A stretch of DNA of 55,846 bases. Origin: Bacteroidales bacterium. Its GTDB lineage: Bacteria > Bacteroidota > Bacteroidia > Bacteroidales > UBA7960. Both the position numbers and the translations under genes were made by a program. Shown one piece after another: positions 1 through 10,177 of the stretch. The stretch is from assembly GCA_003559475.1 (NCBI GenBank), contig PWLF01000170.1, forward strand, positions 1 through 55,846, read 5' to 3'. Each line of letters opens with the position of its first letter. Positions within the stretch are counted from its first letter, which is position 1. Below the pieces are notes generated by a model. It had not been told where the DNA came from, made no database searches, and saw only the letters and a program-made list of their open reading frames with translations.

Positions 1-3000
1 AAATTCATATATATCAACAGCTCCAACGCTTTCTTCATTTACATATACATCATATATTTTAAATCCTTCATCAGGAATTATAGTAAAAGTAGTGTCTTTG
101 CCATATTCCATTTTGATTTCTCCGAAAGGATCTATTTTGCCGTTATCCCCTGTGGTAGCTATTATTGAATTAGTGGTTTTTACTCCACTTACTGTAATGT
201 TATCCAAACGATTATTACCTGAAGAACCTGATATATTATCGCCTTTAAAAAGAATCTTAAATTTAAGGTCAGGATTGTTGTTTACTTCATCAATTTTTGA
301 TAAGTCAAAAGCTTTAAGAGTATATTCTTCTTGTATATCATAGGATTCTCCTAATTGTTCCCATTTATTTCCTGAATCCGGAGAATAATAAAATTCTTGC
401 TGTTTTGCGCCGTTAGGTGAACGATGTACGGCAAAAGCAACATAAAGACTATCATAGCCTTCGGAGGAGGAATTAATTAGCAGTTTCCTGGTGTCAGAAG
501 GGTTACGTACTCTTAAGGCATATCCCGCTTCTTCGTCAAATCTAAAATTTATGTCTGACCCCGGATAGTAGCGATCCATATAACCGTCGCCCTCTCCGAG
601 ATATTCAATAATCGCTGTTTCATTTAGGTCAGATGAATAATCAGCCCTGACAGATGTCAGAATTTCGTCAGGTAAATCATTAAAGTGCCAATAATGAATA
701 ATAGAATCGCCAAATGGTTTGCCCTTCAAGCTAATGTTATTAAAAGTTACTCTGTTTCCATCATCTTCAAGCATATCTTCTGCATCAAATCTAACTCTTA
801 CTTTAAAATTGAAATTGTGGTTTACTTCTTCTATTGATGAAAAATCAATTTCATATAAATTAAAATCATCAAATAATTCAAAACTTGTTTTAGATAACCC
901 TGTTTTTTGCCATTCAGAATAGCCATCTTCAATTGCGTAGTCTATTATCAAAGAATTTGCTGCGTCTTCATCTTTTGCGGCAAACCTAAATATTATATCT
1001 TTATATCCGGTTGTAGGCATGTGAAAAATCATGGTATTCTCATTTTCATCTTCACTACATTCAAAAGGTTGGCGAACCTGAAGCCCTCGCATATAGGAAT
1101 CTTCAAAAGGAATAAAATTATTCCCTGCAGGCAGATAATTTATTTCAGTAGGGGCATTGCGTCTTTCCATTGAAGATTTTCTCCAAAGAGGATGGTCATC
1201 ATTAAATGGATAGCCTGTTAAAGCAGAGTAATATTTAATTTCTCCTTCACCGGTCAAGTTATATGTAGCTCTTATTGTTTCAAGAGGCGTGTTGTTAGGC
1301 ATATTGCTGTCAAATGCCCAGAAATAAATTAACCCGACGGGGGCTTGGTCTTTCACAAAATGTGCTTTTACGCTTAAATCTTTTGTTGGAGTTAAGGAAG
1401 TCAAAGCAAGATGGTCGTCTGGCACGCCTTCCCAGTGGCTGAATTTATAACCCTGTTTAGCTATAGCTTCCAATTCTATAGGGATGCCATTAAAATATAT
1501 GCCTGTCCATGGATAAGTATCTTCCGGAACGCCTGGTGTATCATGAGTGATCTGTATGGAGTTAATTCTTATAAAACCCATGGATGAGTCATTTACATCT
1601 AATGTTGTGTCAATATTATTTTCTATTTCAAAATGTTCGCGGATATGGGTTCTAAGATATTCAGGACGTAGGTTAGCAAAATCAATCATACTTTCTGTTT
1701 GGCTATACCAAACGTCAATACTCGAAGGTCTTTGCCACCTTTCTATATGTTCTTGAATCTCTTTTTCAAAAAGAATTTTGTTTTTATTAATTTTGTAAAT
1801 AACACGTTCACTTATAAAAGCTGTATTTAGATGATCAGCCATCCTGTTAATGAAATTATTTTTAAAATTCTCATTTTTTATCAATTGTCGCATAATATTA
1901 GTTGACCAATGGACTCTGGTTACTCTCTCTATCATGTTTGTTGAGTAGTCAGTAAACAAATTTAATGAGCGGTCAACATCATACATAAGCCAACGAAATC
2001 TCCCGTCATGCCCGGGTTTTTTGTCGTCGCTGTATGGCGTTCTAAGTCTCCAGTAATCAATATTGTTTTGGGGCCAATCTGTATTGCCGTAGTAGATTTG
2101 TGCGCTGTAATAGTCAATAAAATTATTGATATCCATATATGTTTTTACAGAATCAAATACTTCATCATCTGCAGTATCATTATCACTAAGAAAAGATAGT
2201 AGTTTTTGAAAGTGAACATTATCACCTTCTTTTACAACAGAATTCCCTGTTAATAAATCTATATTTTCAGGGTCTATGCCATAAACTCTTTCCAGGTAGT
2301 GTTTGTCATACCGTTCTCTTATATTATGTATTCCCCAGTATTCCCCGTTTATAAATACAATGGATGGTCTAAATTCCTGTGAATCAAAATCCAAATGCCT
2401 AACCAAGCTTTGTGATGTTCCATCTCTGAACATTGAATATCCCCAGTCATTTCCGGAGTTTCTTAAAATAAATCTTTTATAGCTGTCGTAGTTTTCATCT
2501 GAAAATAATGGGTAATCTATAGTGTTATTACCATATAAGTTTCTGGCATATATTCTTAAAGATTTTTGAGGAAATCTTCTTGAAAATCCTCCATGAATTC
2601 GTAGCCCTACTCCCTGAGCAAATTCAAGCTCGCCGTCTTTATTGAAGAATTCAATATGTCCGGGTCTTTCCCACTCAAAGCCTCTTTGACTGTAATTATA
2701 ATCACTTGAAATTGATGTTGTATCTCCCGGAACATAAATACCCTCCTCGAGACCAAAAAGATTAATGGAATCGGTAGTTATAGAAAACACTGGAAAAGAA
2801 TATCTTTCATAATTTTCATCAAAAACAAAAAAAGTCTTTGTTTTTGATGAAGATATCATTTCAGGATGAGATGCTAAAACGCGTATTACGTTTGTTTTTG
2901 CAATAGTGTCAGCCGGAGGTCTCCATCCTCTTCCTGATGATTCGGAAATATAGTTTGTAGGGATAAGAGAATGTGAATTTGGTTGATTGGAACGGTCAGT

Positions 3001-3711
3001 TATATTAATCGGGCTGTCGTATAATATTGAGTTTTCTTGAAGGCATTGCCCGTTTTTTGCATATTTGATAGTTACACCCGGTTCGGAATGTGATATCTCC
3101 AAATCAAAAGCTTCTGAATAGAATCCGGGTTTGTGAGAAAACTCAGGAGGACTAAGTATGCCGTTATATTTTTGTGTTGTGTTTTCAGAACCCGGAGTTG
3201 CATCTTTAAAGTAATACCATTCGCCTGTTCCATCAGGAACTCTCCCGTATGAGATGTCTGTGGGAATTGTTGTTGGCTCAAGTTCATCAATTAATATAGA
3301 GTCTCTACAAGTTAAAATAACTTCTTCTCCGTCAGAACTGATTCGGAAATTAGTATGTAACGGAAAATCAGGGTTGTCTCTATCTTTGCCCGAAGCCCAT
3401 ATTTTAATAAACTCTCCCGGTTCTATAAAAAAATCAGGAAATATCCATCTGAAGGGATTTTCATAATCATCTGAAATACCAAAACCTTTTAGATTAATGG
3501 TAGATGAACCATAATTATATAATTCTATCCAATCTTCAAAGTCGCCATCTTCATCGGCAATAGTAGTTCTGTTTGAAGTCATTACTTCATTTATTGCAAC
3601 TTCTTGTGCCAAATTAAAATGAAAGGGAAAAAATAAAAATATAAAAAAAAACAAGTTATAAAATTGTTGCTTTAAATATTTTTTGCAGTTTTTTTTAATG
3701 ATTTTAAACAT
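1..3711 (-). CDS. CotH kinase-family protein with N-terminal lamin-tail (LTD) domain; the C-terminus runs off the window start
   Basis: Absent from the ORF track because no stop is reached. The reverse strand is open from the ATG (complement of 3709-3711) to position 1, which is 1237 codons. My translation begins MFKIIKKNCKKYL...FFPFHFNLAQEVAINEVMTSN...DWIELYNYG (signal-like N-terminus plus LTD motif). It contains CotH-type blocks GLRIHGGFSRRFPQKSLRIY, FILRNSGNDWGYSMFRD, IVFINGEYWGIHNIRERYDKHYL and RWLMYDVDRS. The short + strand ORFs at 92-3466 are shadows of this gene. Confidence 0.8.
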   Translation of the reverse strand, partial: MFKIIKKNCKKYLKQQFYNLFFFIFLFFPFHFNLAQEVAINEVMTSNRTTIADEDGDFEDWIELYNYGSSTINLKGFGISDDYENPFRWIFPDFFIEPGEFIKIWASGKDRDNPDFPLHTNFRISSDGEEVILTCRDSILIDELEPTTIPTDISYGRVPDGTGEWYYFKDATPGSENTTQKYNGILSPPEFSHKPGFYSEAFDLEISHSEPGVTIKYAKNGQCLQENSILYDSPINITDRSNQPNSHSLIPTNYISESSGRGWRPPADTIAKTNVIRVLASHPEMISSSKTKTFFVFDENYERYSFPVFSITTDSINLFGLEEGIYVPGDTTSISSDYNYSQRGFEWERPGHIEFFNKDGELEFAQGVGLRIHGGFSRRFPQKSLRIYARNLYGNNTIDYPLFSDENYDSYKRFILRNSGNDWGYSMFRDGTSQSLVRHLDFDSQEFRPSIVFINGEYWGIHNIRERYDKHYLERVYGIDPENIDLLTGNSVVKEGDNVHFQKLLSFLSDNDTADDEVFDSVKTYMDINNFIDYYSAQIYYGNTDWPQNNIDYWRLRTPYSDDKKPGHDGRFRWLMYDVDRSLNLFTDYSTNMIERVTRVHWSTNIMRQLIKNENFKNNFINRMADHLNTAFISERVIYKINKNKILFEKEIQEHIERWQRPSSIDVWYSQTESMIDFANLRPEYLRTHIREHFEIENNIDTTLDVNDSSMGFIRINSIQITHDTPGVPEDTYPWTGIYFNGIPIELEAIAKQGYKFSHWEGVPDDHLALTSLTPTKDLSVKAHFVKDQAPVGLIYFWAFDSNMPNNTPLETIRATYNLTGEGEIKYYSALTGYPFNDDHPLWRKSSMERRNAPTEINYLPAGNNFIPFEDSYMRGLQVRQPFECSEDENENTMIFHMPTTGYKDIIFRFAAKDEDAANSLIIDYAIEDGYSEWQKTGLSKTSFELFDDFNLYEIDFSSIEEVNHNFNFKVRVRFDAEDMLEDDGNRVTFNNISLKGKPFGDSIIHYWHFNDLPDEILTSVRADYSSDLNETAIIEYLGEGDGYMDRYYPGSDINFRFDEEAGYALRVRNPSDTRKLLINSSSEGYDSLYVAFAVHRSPNGAKQQEFYYSPDSGNKWEQLGESYDIQEEYTLKAFDLSKIDEVNNNPDLKFKILFKGDNISGSSGNNRLDNITVSGVKTTNSIIATTGDNGKIDPFGEIKMEYGKDTTFTIIPDEGFKIYDVYVNEESVGAVDIYEF

Positions 3712-4046
3712 AAAGCAGATTGTTTTTATACTTAAACCCAGCATTCGAATAAAAATCATAAATAATAGAACTCTTGCAAAATTACAAAAATAAATTTAAA
3801 GTTTTCTTGTAATGGAGTTTTTGGGGTAATTCTTTTTTATTTGGTAGTGCTGAATTTAGCAAAAATGGTTATATTTGCACTTTTTTGTACCATATATCTA
3901 TTTTAAACAGAGTTTAATTATTGTGTTTTTGTGTTTTTATTTTAAGGTAAATGTTTTTTTGACAGTTTGCAAGTATTTCAAAATACATAAACTTTAAAAC
4001 CAATAATTAGGTGTAATAGCAACTTATTAGGCTAAATTTTTTAAAA

Positions 4047-5135
4047 ATGAATTTCAAATACTTTGGTTTATTTATAATAGTATTAGGTTTAGCAGCTTTA
4101 TTTTTTTTTAAATATGCTGAATTAGAATATAATATTAAAACCAAAGCTATTGTTTATCCTTATAAGGAATGGCAATTATCAAAAACAGATGACGGTACTT
4201 TAATAAATGTGTTAAAGAATAATTTGAATAATAGGGTTTCTCATTATTCGGTGACTGAATTTCAAAGAGGAGACTTTGCAGAGTTTATAATGAATGACTA
4301 TATCATGGATGGAGAATTATTTGATAAAGGGGATACTATAGGTTTTATTAGATCAAATGAACAACAAAGAAGATATCTTGAGTTAAAAGGGAAGTTAGTT
4401 GCTCAACAAAATTTGTTAAAAGTATATGCCTCCGGTGAAAAGCCTGAGGATATTGATGTTTTTTATGAAAATATCCTACTTGCTGAACAGGAATACAATA
4501 CCCAAAAAAAAATAACCGAAAGAGATAAGGTAATGCATCAAGATGGATTTATATCTGATGAAGAGTATGAGATTTCACTAAATAAGTATAAGATTAAGTT
4601 ACATCGATTTAATATCGCAAGATCAGAATATAATGCAGCCAAATCAGGAGAAAAATATGAGCAATTGCAATATATAAAGACAAATATTGATAATATAAGA
4701 GAGCAGTTAAATCAGGTTGAAGATAGAATTAGTTCATTTAATATTTTGGCTCCCTTCTCGGGGGTAGCTATAAAACAACATGGAAATGATAGCGACGTAA
4801 CTAATATAATTACAATAGCGGATATTTCAAAGTTTGTGTTTTTAATGCCAATTGAACTGTATGATCGTGAATATGTTATGCCGGGACAAAAAGTAATGTT
4901 AACTCCCGGCGGTGGCTCTAGAACAAAAGAAATTGAAGCAAAAGTAGTTTATATTGATAATAGCGTGAAAATGATAAATTTTCATCAAAATATTTTTGTA
5001 ATAGCCGCTTTTGAAAATCAAGAGAATATTAGCAAAATTTTGCCTAATATGGTCCTTGAAGCAGAAATTAAATGTGGTAGAATCCCGGCAGGTGAATATA
5101 TTAAAAGATTATTCAAAACAGTGTATCAAAATTAA
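4047..5135 (+). CDS. HlyD-family / membrane-fusion-like protein (N-terminal TM anchor, long coiled coil, beta-barrel tail)
   Basis: N-terminal hydrophobic helix (FGLFIIVLGLAALFFF). A central heptad-rich segment with charged repeats is followed by ILAPFSGV, typical of periplasmic adaptor proteins. The stop codon abuts the next ATG (TAAATG at 5133-5138). Confidence 0.55.
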   Translation: MNFKYFGLFIIVLGLAALFFFKYAELEYNIKTKAIVYPYKEWQLSKTDDGTLINVLKNNLNNRVSHYSVTEFQRGDFAEFIMNDYIMDGELFDKGDTIGFIRSNEQQRRYLELKGKLVAQQNLLKVYASGEKPEDIDVFYENILLAEQEYNTQKKITERDKVMHQDGFISDEEYEISLNKYKIKLHRFNIARSEYNAAKSGEKYEQLQYIKTNIDNIREQLNQVEDRISSFNILAPFSGVAIKQHGNDSDVTNIITIADISKFVFLMPIELYDREYVMPGQKVMLTPGGGSRTKEIEAKVVYIDNSVKMINFHQNIFVIAAFENQENISKILPNMVLEAEIKCGRIPAGEYIKRLFKTVYQN

Positions 5136-5885
5136 ATGCTAAGATTAGAAAAAAAATATTTAGTACCGAATTATTTAATGAATGATCTTAGAAAAAGAAT
5201 AAGACCTTTCGTTAGACCGGATTTGTATGCATTGTCGGGAAATAATGAAGGGATTCCTGAATATACAGTTAGAAGTATTTATTTTGATAGTAGCAATTTG
5301 GATTGCTATACTGAGAAAAAAGAAGGAGTCTTATTAAGAAAAAAATTTAGAATTAGGGGGTATGGAGATTCAGAAATTGGTCAAAATGTAATTTTTGAAA
5401 TAAAAAGAAAAATTGAAAATAGGGTGAAAAAACATAGAGCTCCTGTGAAGTTGTCTGATATGGAGAGTTTGTTATATTCCGGTAATGTCGAAAAATATGT
5501 TTTAAATGAAAATGGCAATAAAAATTCTATAGATGATGCACGGCGATTTCTTTTTCATGTGAAAAAAAACAAATTTGAACCTACATCTCAAATAGTATAT
5601 GAAAGAGAACCATATCACGGAAAATTTGATGATGGTGTTAGAATTACTTTTGATAAAAATATTCGCAGCTTAAATTATCCCGGTATTAATGAATTGTATA
5701 GTAATTCAAATCAGTCTTATTTATTTAAAAATCATTTTATTTTGGAAATAAAATACTTTACATATATAATGCCTGTTTGGGCTAAATCTTTAATACAGGA
5801 GTTTAGATTAAGAAATGAGGCGTTATCAAAGTATGTAATTGGGTTTGATGCATGCATGAAAAATGGAAATAGAAAAAAATGTTGA
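5136..5885 (+). CDS. VTC-domain (polyphosphate polymerase domain-containing) protein
   Basis: LEKKYLVP...YTVRSIYFDSSNLDCYTEK..G.LLRKKFRIRGY...IFEIKRK matches the CYTH/VTC-domain pattern as I recall it. Confidence 0.8.
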   Translation: MLRLEKKYLVPNYLMNDLRKRIRPFVRPDLYALSGNNEGIPEYTVRSIYFDSSNLDCYTEKKEGVLLRKKFRIRGYGDSEIGQNVIFEIKRKIENRVKKHRAPVKLSDMESLLYSGNVEKYVLNENGNKNSIDDARRFLFHVKKNKFEPTSQIVYEREPYHGKFDDGVRITFDKNIRSLNYPGINELYSNSNQSYLFKNHFILEIKYFTYIMPVWAKSLIQEFRLRNEALSKYVIGFDACMKNGNRKKC

Positions 5886-5955
5886 TTTTTTAACAAGAAT
5901 TAATATTGAACATATTTTTAAAGCATTTAAGAAAATAAAATAGAAAAGCTAAGCT

Positions 5956-6630
5956 ATGGCAGGTGATTTTCAAGAAATATTTGTTTTTAGTATAACCTTG
6001 CAAGATGTAATAGGTAATATTTTAGTTGCTATGATTTGTGGTATAGCCATAGCAGTATTATATAAATATACATACAGAGGATTAAATTATTCGACAGCAT
6101 TTACTATTTCTTTGATTATGCTTACAATGATCACAGCAATTGTTATAATGGTAATTGGAAATAATCTCGCACGTGCTTTCGGTCTTGTCGGTGCAATGTC
6201 AATAATAAGATTCAGAACAGCGGTTAAAGACGCTTCCGATATTATGTTTATATTCTTTGCTCTTACTGTAGGATTGGCATCGGGCGTTAAACTTTATTCC
6301 ATTGCAATTTTTGGAACTATTATTATAAGTATTGTATATCTTATTATTATCAGATTTAATTTTGCAATGCCGCAAAGTCGCGAATTTCTTATGCAGATAG
6401 TCGCAAACGAACAACAATTGCCGGAAAATCCTTTTCATGAAGCATTTAAGAAGCATTGTAAAAAACAAAAAATTATAAATGTAAAAACTATTGGTGAGGA
6501 GGATAAAAATATGATGGAGTTTTCATATTATATAAAACTGAAAAATGAGGATAATAGCAAAGAGTTAATCTCTGAAATTAAAAAAATACATGGAGTTAAT
6601 CAGGTTAACTTGTTTTTTGATGAAACATAA
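5956..6630 (+). CDS. DUF4956-family membrane protein (usual partner of bacterial VTC-domain proteins)
   Basis: Multi-TM N-terminal half carrying the family signature FGLVGAMSIIRFRTAVKDASDIMFIFFAL.VGLASG. Confidence 0.75.
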   Translation: MAGDFQEIFVFSITLQDVIGNILVAMICGIAIAVLYKYTYRGLNYSTAFTISLIMLTMITAIVIMVIGNNLARAFGLVGAMSIIRFRTAVKDASDIMFIFFALTVGLASGVKLYSIAIFGTIIISIVYLIIIRFNFAMPQSREFLMQIVANEQQLPENPFHEAFKKHCKKQKIINVKTIGEEDKNMMEFSYYIKLKNEDNSKELISEIKKIHGVNQVNLFFDET

Positions 6631-6666
6631 AATTAATTGATTTTTTTGAGTAAATTAAAACTTATT

Positions 6667-8388
6667 ATGACTATAAAATTGAGTGAACAAGAGCAGTTTA
6701 GACGTAATGCACTGGAAGAGTTAAGAAAACTGGATATTGACCCTTATCCCCCCGAAGGCTTTGATGTTAACACTACAACAAAGGAGATACACGATCTTTA
6801 CTCTGAAAATAAAAATAATTTTGATGATGTGAGTTTAGCAGGTCGCTTGATGAGTAGAAGAATAATGGGTAGCGCCTCGTTTGCTGAAATTCAAGACTCT
6901 AAAGGGCGAATTCAGCTATATTTTAATAGAGATGAAATATGTCCTACTGATGATAAAAAAATGTATAACGACGTATTTAAGAAGTTGTTGGACATTGGCG
7001 ATATAATAGGGGTAAAAGGATTCGTTTTTAAAACAAAAATGGGAGAAACAACTATACATGTCAAAGAGTTTAAGTTGCTTACTAAATCTCTTCGACCATT
7101 GCCTATTGTTAAAGAAAAGGATGGTAAAACTTATGATGCTTTTACCGATGCTGAACAAAGATACAGGCAAAGATATGTTGATTTGATTGTTAATCCTGAT
7201 GTTAGAGAAGTTTTTAAGAAAAGGGCTGCTATGATTAAAAGTATAAGAACTTTTCTTGAAGATATTGGGTGCCTTGAAGTGGAAACCCCTGTTTTGCAAC
7301 CTATATACGGTGGAGCAGCTGCAAAACCATTCAAAACGCACCATAATAAACTTGATACTACGCTTTATTTAAGAATAGCTAATGAACTGTATCTTAAAAG
7401 ATTAATTGTAGGAGGATATGACGGCGTTTTTGAGTTTGCAAAAGACTTTCGTAATGAAGGAATGAGTCGCTTCCATAACCCCGAATTTACTCAAATGGAA
7501 GTTTATGTTGCCTACAAAGATTATAACTGGATGATGGATATATTTGAAAAGATGATTGAAAAAGTTGCTCTTGACCTACATAACTCTACAGTTGTTCAGG
7601 TAGGAGATAAAAAAATAGACTTTAAAAGGCCTTGGAAAAGATTCACTATGTATGAAGCTATTAAGCACTTTACAGGAAAGGATATCTCAAATATGAGTGA
7701 TAAAGAATTGAATCTTTTTGCCAAAGATATTGGTGTTGAAACTGATGAATCCATGGGAAGAGGAAAAATAATTGATGAAATATTTGGAGATAAATGCGAG
7801 CCTAATCTAATCCAGCCTACTTTTATTACAGATTATCCTATAGAAATGTCTCCTCTTGCAAAAAAACACAGGTCTGAACCGGGTTTGGTAGAAAGATTTG
7901 AAGTAATTTGTAACGGTAAAGAAATATCAAACTCTTTTACAGAGCTTAATGATCCAATAGATCAACGAATGCGGTTTGAAGAACAACTTGAACTAGGGAA
8001 AAGAGGCGATCAGGAAGCAATGGTTTTAGACGAGGACTTTCTTAAAGCAATTGAGTTTGGTATGCCTCCAACTGCCGGACTTGGGCTTGGAATAGACAGA
8101 TTAGCAATGATAATGACTAACAGTGAGTCTATTCAGGACGTGTTATTTTTCCCGCAAATGAAACCGGAAAAGGAACCTGTTAATGAGTGTGAAAAATTTG
8201 AAAAAGCAGGAATCCCAAAACAATGGGCAAAATTATTAGTAGAATTGGGATATGAGCTAAATCAGGAGTTTAAAAATGAGAACCCAAATAAAATTTTTAA
8301 TGACCTTTGTAAAATTAGAAAGAAAGCAAAACTTGATGTTTCTGCTCCAAACAGTAATGAAATAAAGCAATGGCAGGATAACATTTAA
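6667..8388 (+). CDS. lysS: Lysine--tRNA ligase, class II, with the Bacteroidota-type C-terminal extension
   Basis: OB-fold and class II core motifs are present ([42 protein letters not shown]). The ORF track starts at a TTG at 6637. The ATG at 6667 ([12 protein letters not shown]) is the more likely start. Confidence 0.95.
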   Translation: MTIKLSEQEQFRRNALEELRKLDIDPYPPEGFDVNTTTKEIHDLYSENKNNFDDVSLAGRLMSRRIMGSASFAEIQDSKGRIQLYFNRDEICPTDDKKMYNDVFKKLLDIGDIIGVKGFVFKTKMGETTIHVKEFKLLTKSLRPLPIVKEKDGKTYDAFTDAEQRYRQRYVDLIVNPDVREVFKKRAAMIKSIRTFLEDIGCLEVETPVLQPIYGGAAAKPFKTHHNKLDTTLYLRIANELYLKRLIVGGYDGVFEFAKDFRNEGMSRFHNPEFTQMEVYVAYKDYNWMMDIFEKMIEKVALDLHNSTVVQVGDKKIDFKRPWKRFTMYEAIKHFTGKDISNMSDKELNLFAKDIGVETDESMGRGKIIDEIFGDKCEPNLIQPTFITDYPIEMSPLAKKHRSEPGLVERFEVICNGKEISNSFTELNDPIDQRMRFEEQLELGKRGDQEAMVLDEDFLKAIEFGMPPTAGLGLGIDRLAMIMTNSESIQDVLFFPQMKPEKEPVNECEKFEKAGIPKQWAKLLVELGYELNQEFKNENPNKIFNDLCKIRKKAKLDVSAPNSNEIKQWQDNI

Positions 8389-8418
8389 GTACAAGATAAT
8401 AATCTATAATATAATATT

Positions 8419-9948
8419 ATGTATGTTTTAGGTTCAATAATTAAAAGGGCTATAAAAATGCGCGGCAAAATGCCGGATATGTTTAAGTATAAAAACCCTT
8501 ACAGAACACAAAAAAAAGAACTGAAAAAATTATTAAAGAAAGCTGTTAATACTTCGTTTGGTGAATACTATGGTTTTGATAAAATTTTAAAAAGAAAAAA
8601 TCCTGTAGCAGAATTTCAAAAAAAAGTGCCTGTTCATGATTATAATAAAATTTTTAGAAATTGGTGGTATAGAACATTAAATGGAGAACCTTATGTTTGT
8701 TGGCCCGGTAGGGTTAAGTATTTTGCCCTGAGTTCAGGAACGTCAGAAGCATCAAGCAAGCAAATCCCTATAACCGGAGATATGCTTAAAGCAATAAAAA
8801 AAACATCAGTAAATCAGATTTTTTCTTTAGCTCGCTATGATTTTTCTCGTAATTTTTACGAAAAAGGCATATTGATGTTAGGTGGTAGTACACATTTAAA
8901 CTATAACGGGACTTATTATGAAGGAGACCTTTCGGGTATAACAGCAAAAAATATCCCTTTTTGGTTTCAGCATTTTTATAAACCCGGAAAAAGAATAGCA
9001 AAAGAAAGAGATTGGCCTACAAAATTAGATGAAATAGTAAAAAAGGCTAAATCATGGGATCTCGGTGTTATATGTGGTGTGCCTGCATGGTGGCAAATAC
9101 TGATTGAAAAAATAATTGATTATTATAAAGTTGAAAATATCCATCAGATATGGCCGAATTTAAGTATTTTTGTACATGGAGGCGTATCTTTTGGACCTTA
9201 TGAAAATGGTTTTAAAAAGTTGCTTGGTAAGCCATTAACTTATATTGAAACTTACCTTGCATCAGAGGGGTTTATAGCATTTCAAAATAGACCAAATACT
9301 AATAGTATGCAACTTGTGCTTAATAATGGGATATTTATGGAATTTGTTCCATTTAATGAAAAAAACTTTGATGATGAGGGTGAAATTAAACCAAATGCAG
9401 AAATTCTTACTATTGACCAAGTTGAAGAAGGAGTTGATTATGCTCTATTAATAAGTACTTGTGCAGGGGCATGGAGATACTTAATTGGAGATATGATCAA
9501 ATTTACATCTATCGAGTTAAACGAAATTATTATAACAGGAAGAACCAAGCATTTTTTGAATATATGCGGAGAACACTTGTCAGTAGAGAATATGAACATG
9601 GCTATTAAAAGAGTGGAAGAGCAGTTAAAAATTGTAATTAGAGAATTTGCGGTCGCCGGAATAAAACATAACTCTATGTTTGCTCATAAATGGTACATAG
9701 GAACGGATAATGAGATTGATAAAGAACAGGTTAAACAAAAAATTGATGAAAACTTGAAAATTTTAAATGATGACTATAGGGTAGAAAGAATTGCAGCGAT
9801 TAAAGATGTTTTTGTTGAAATTTTGCCTTCAGCAGTTTTCTACGATTACTTGAAATCTATTGGAAAGGAAGGCGGACAAAATAAATTTCCCAGAGTTTTA
9901 AAAAATCATCAATTCAAAGATTGGGAAGAATTTTTAAACAAATTATAA
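8419..9948 (+). CDS. GH3 auxin-responsive-promoter-family (acyl-adenylate-forming) protein
   Basis: N-terminal P..Q...LKKLLKKA.NT.FG..Y.F..I, ALSSGTS, and an overall length of about 500 aa, typical of bacterial GH3 homologues. Confidence 0.75.
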   Translation: MYVLGSIIKRAIKMRGKMPDMFKYKNPYRTQKKELKKLLKKAVNTSFGEYYGFDKILKRKNPVAEFQKKVPVHDYNKIFRNWWYRTLNGEPYVCWPGRVKYFALSSGTSEASSKQIPITGDMLKAIKKTSVNQIFSLARYDFSRNFYEKGILMLGGSTHLNYNGTYYEGDLSGITAKNIPFWFQHFYKPGKRIAKERDWPTKLDEIVKKAKSWDLGVICGVPAWWQILIEKIIDYYKVENIHQIWPNLSIFVHGGVSFGPYENGFKKLLGKPLTYIETYLASEGFIAFQNRPNTNSMQLVLNNGIFMEFVPFNEKNFDDEGEIKPNAEILTIDQVEEGVDYALLISTCAGAWRYLIGDMIKFTSIELNEIIITGRTKHFLNICGEHLSVENMNMAIKRVEEQLKIVIREFAVAGIKHNSMFAHKWYIGTDNEIDKEQVKQKIDENLKILNDDYRVERIAAIKDVFVEILPSAVFYDYLKSIGKEGGQNKFPRVLKNHQFKDWEEFLNKL

Positions 9949-9999
9949 AAAAAATATAATTAATTGCGTATTTAAAAATTATAAAGTTAAGTTTTTTTA

Positions 10000-10007
10000 T
10001 ATATTTG
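10000..10007 (+). promoter_or_regulatory. Candidate Bacteroidota -7 box (TATATTTG) upstream of 10178
   Basis: Exact TAnnTTTG match in the 229-nt intergenic region. It would give a leader of about 165 nt. Confidence 0.35.
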
Positions 10008-10177
10008 CATTGGAAAATAATATTGAATTTTTACTTGGTATAATTTTTGTCTATATCATAGATTAATAACTATTTGTTGGTAATATTGAAAAATTATGCT
10101 CGTTAAATAACAAAAAATATTGTAACTAATTTTTATAAATACTTGAAAATAAATTGTTTAACTAAAATTAATATCTG

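Noticed and set aside
92-3466. Seven short + strand ORFs (63-88 aa) listed in the ORF track
   Set aside because: All lie inside the long open minus-strand CotH reading frame (1-3711). They have low-complexity, Ile/Leu/Ser/Phe-rich translations typical of antisense shadow ORFs in AT-rich DNA.
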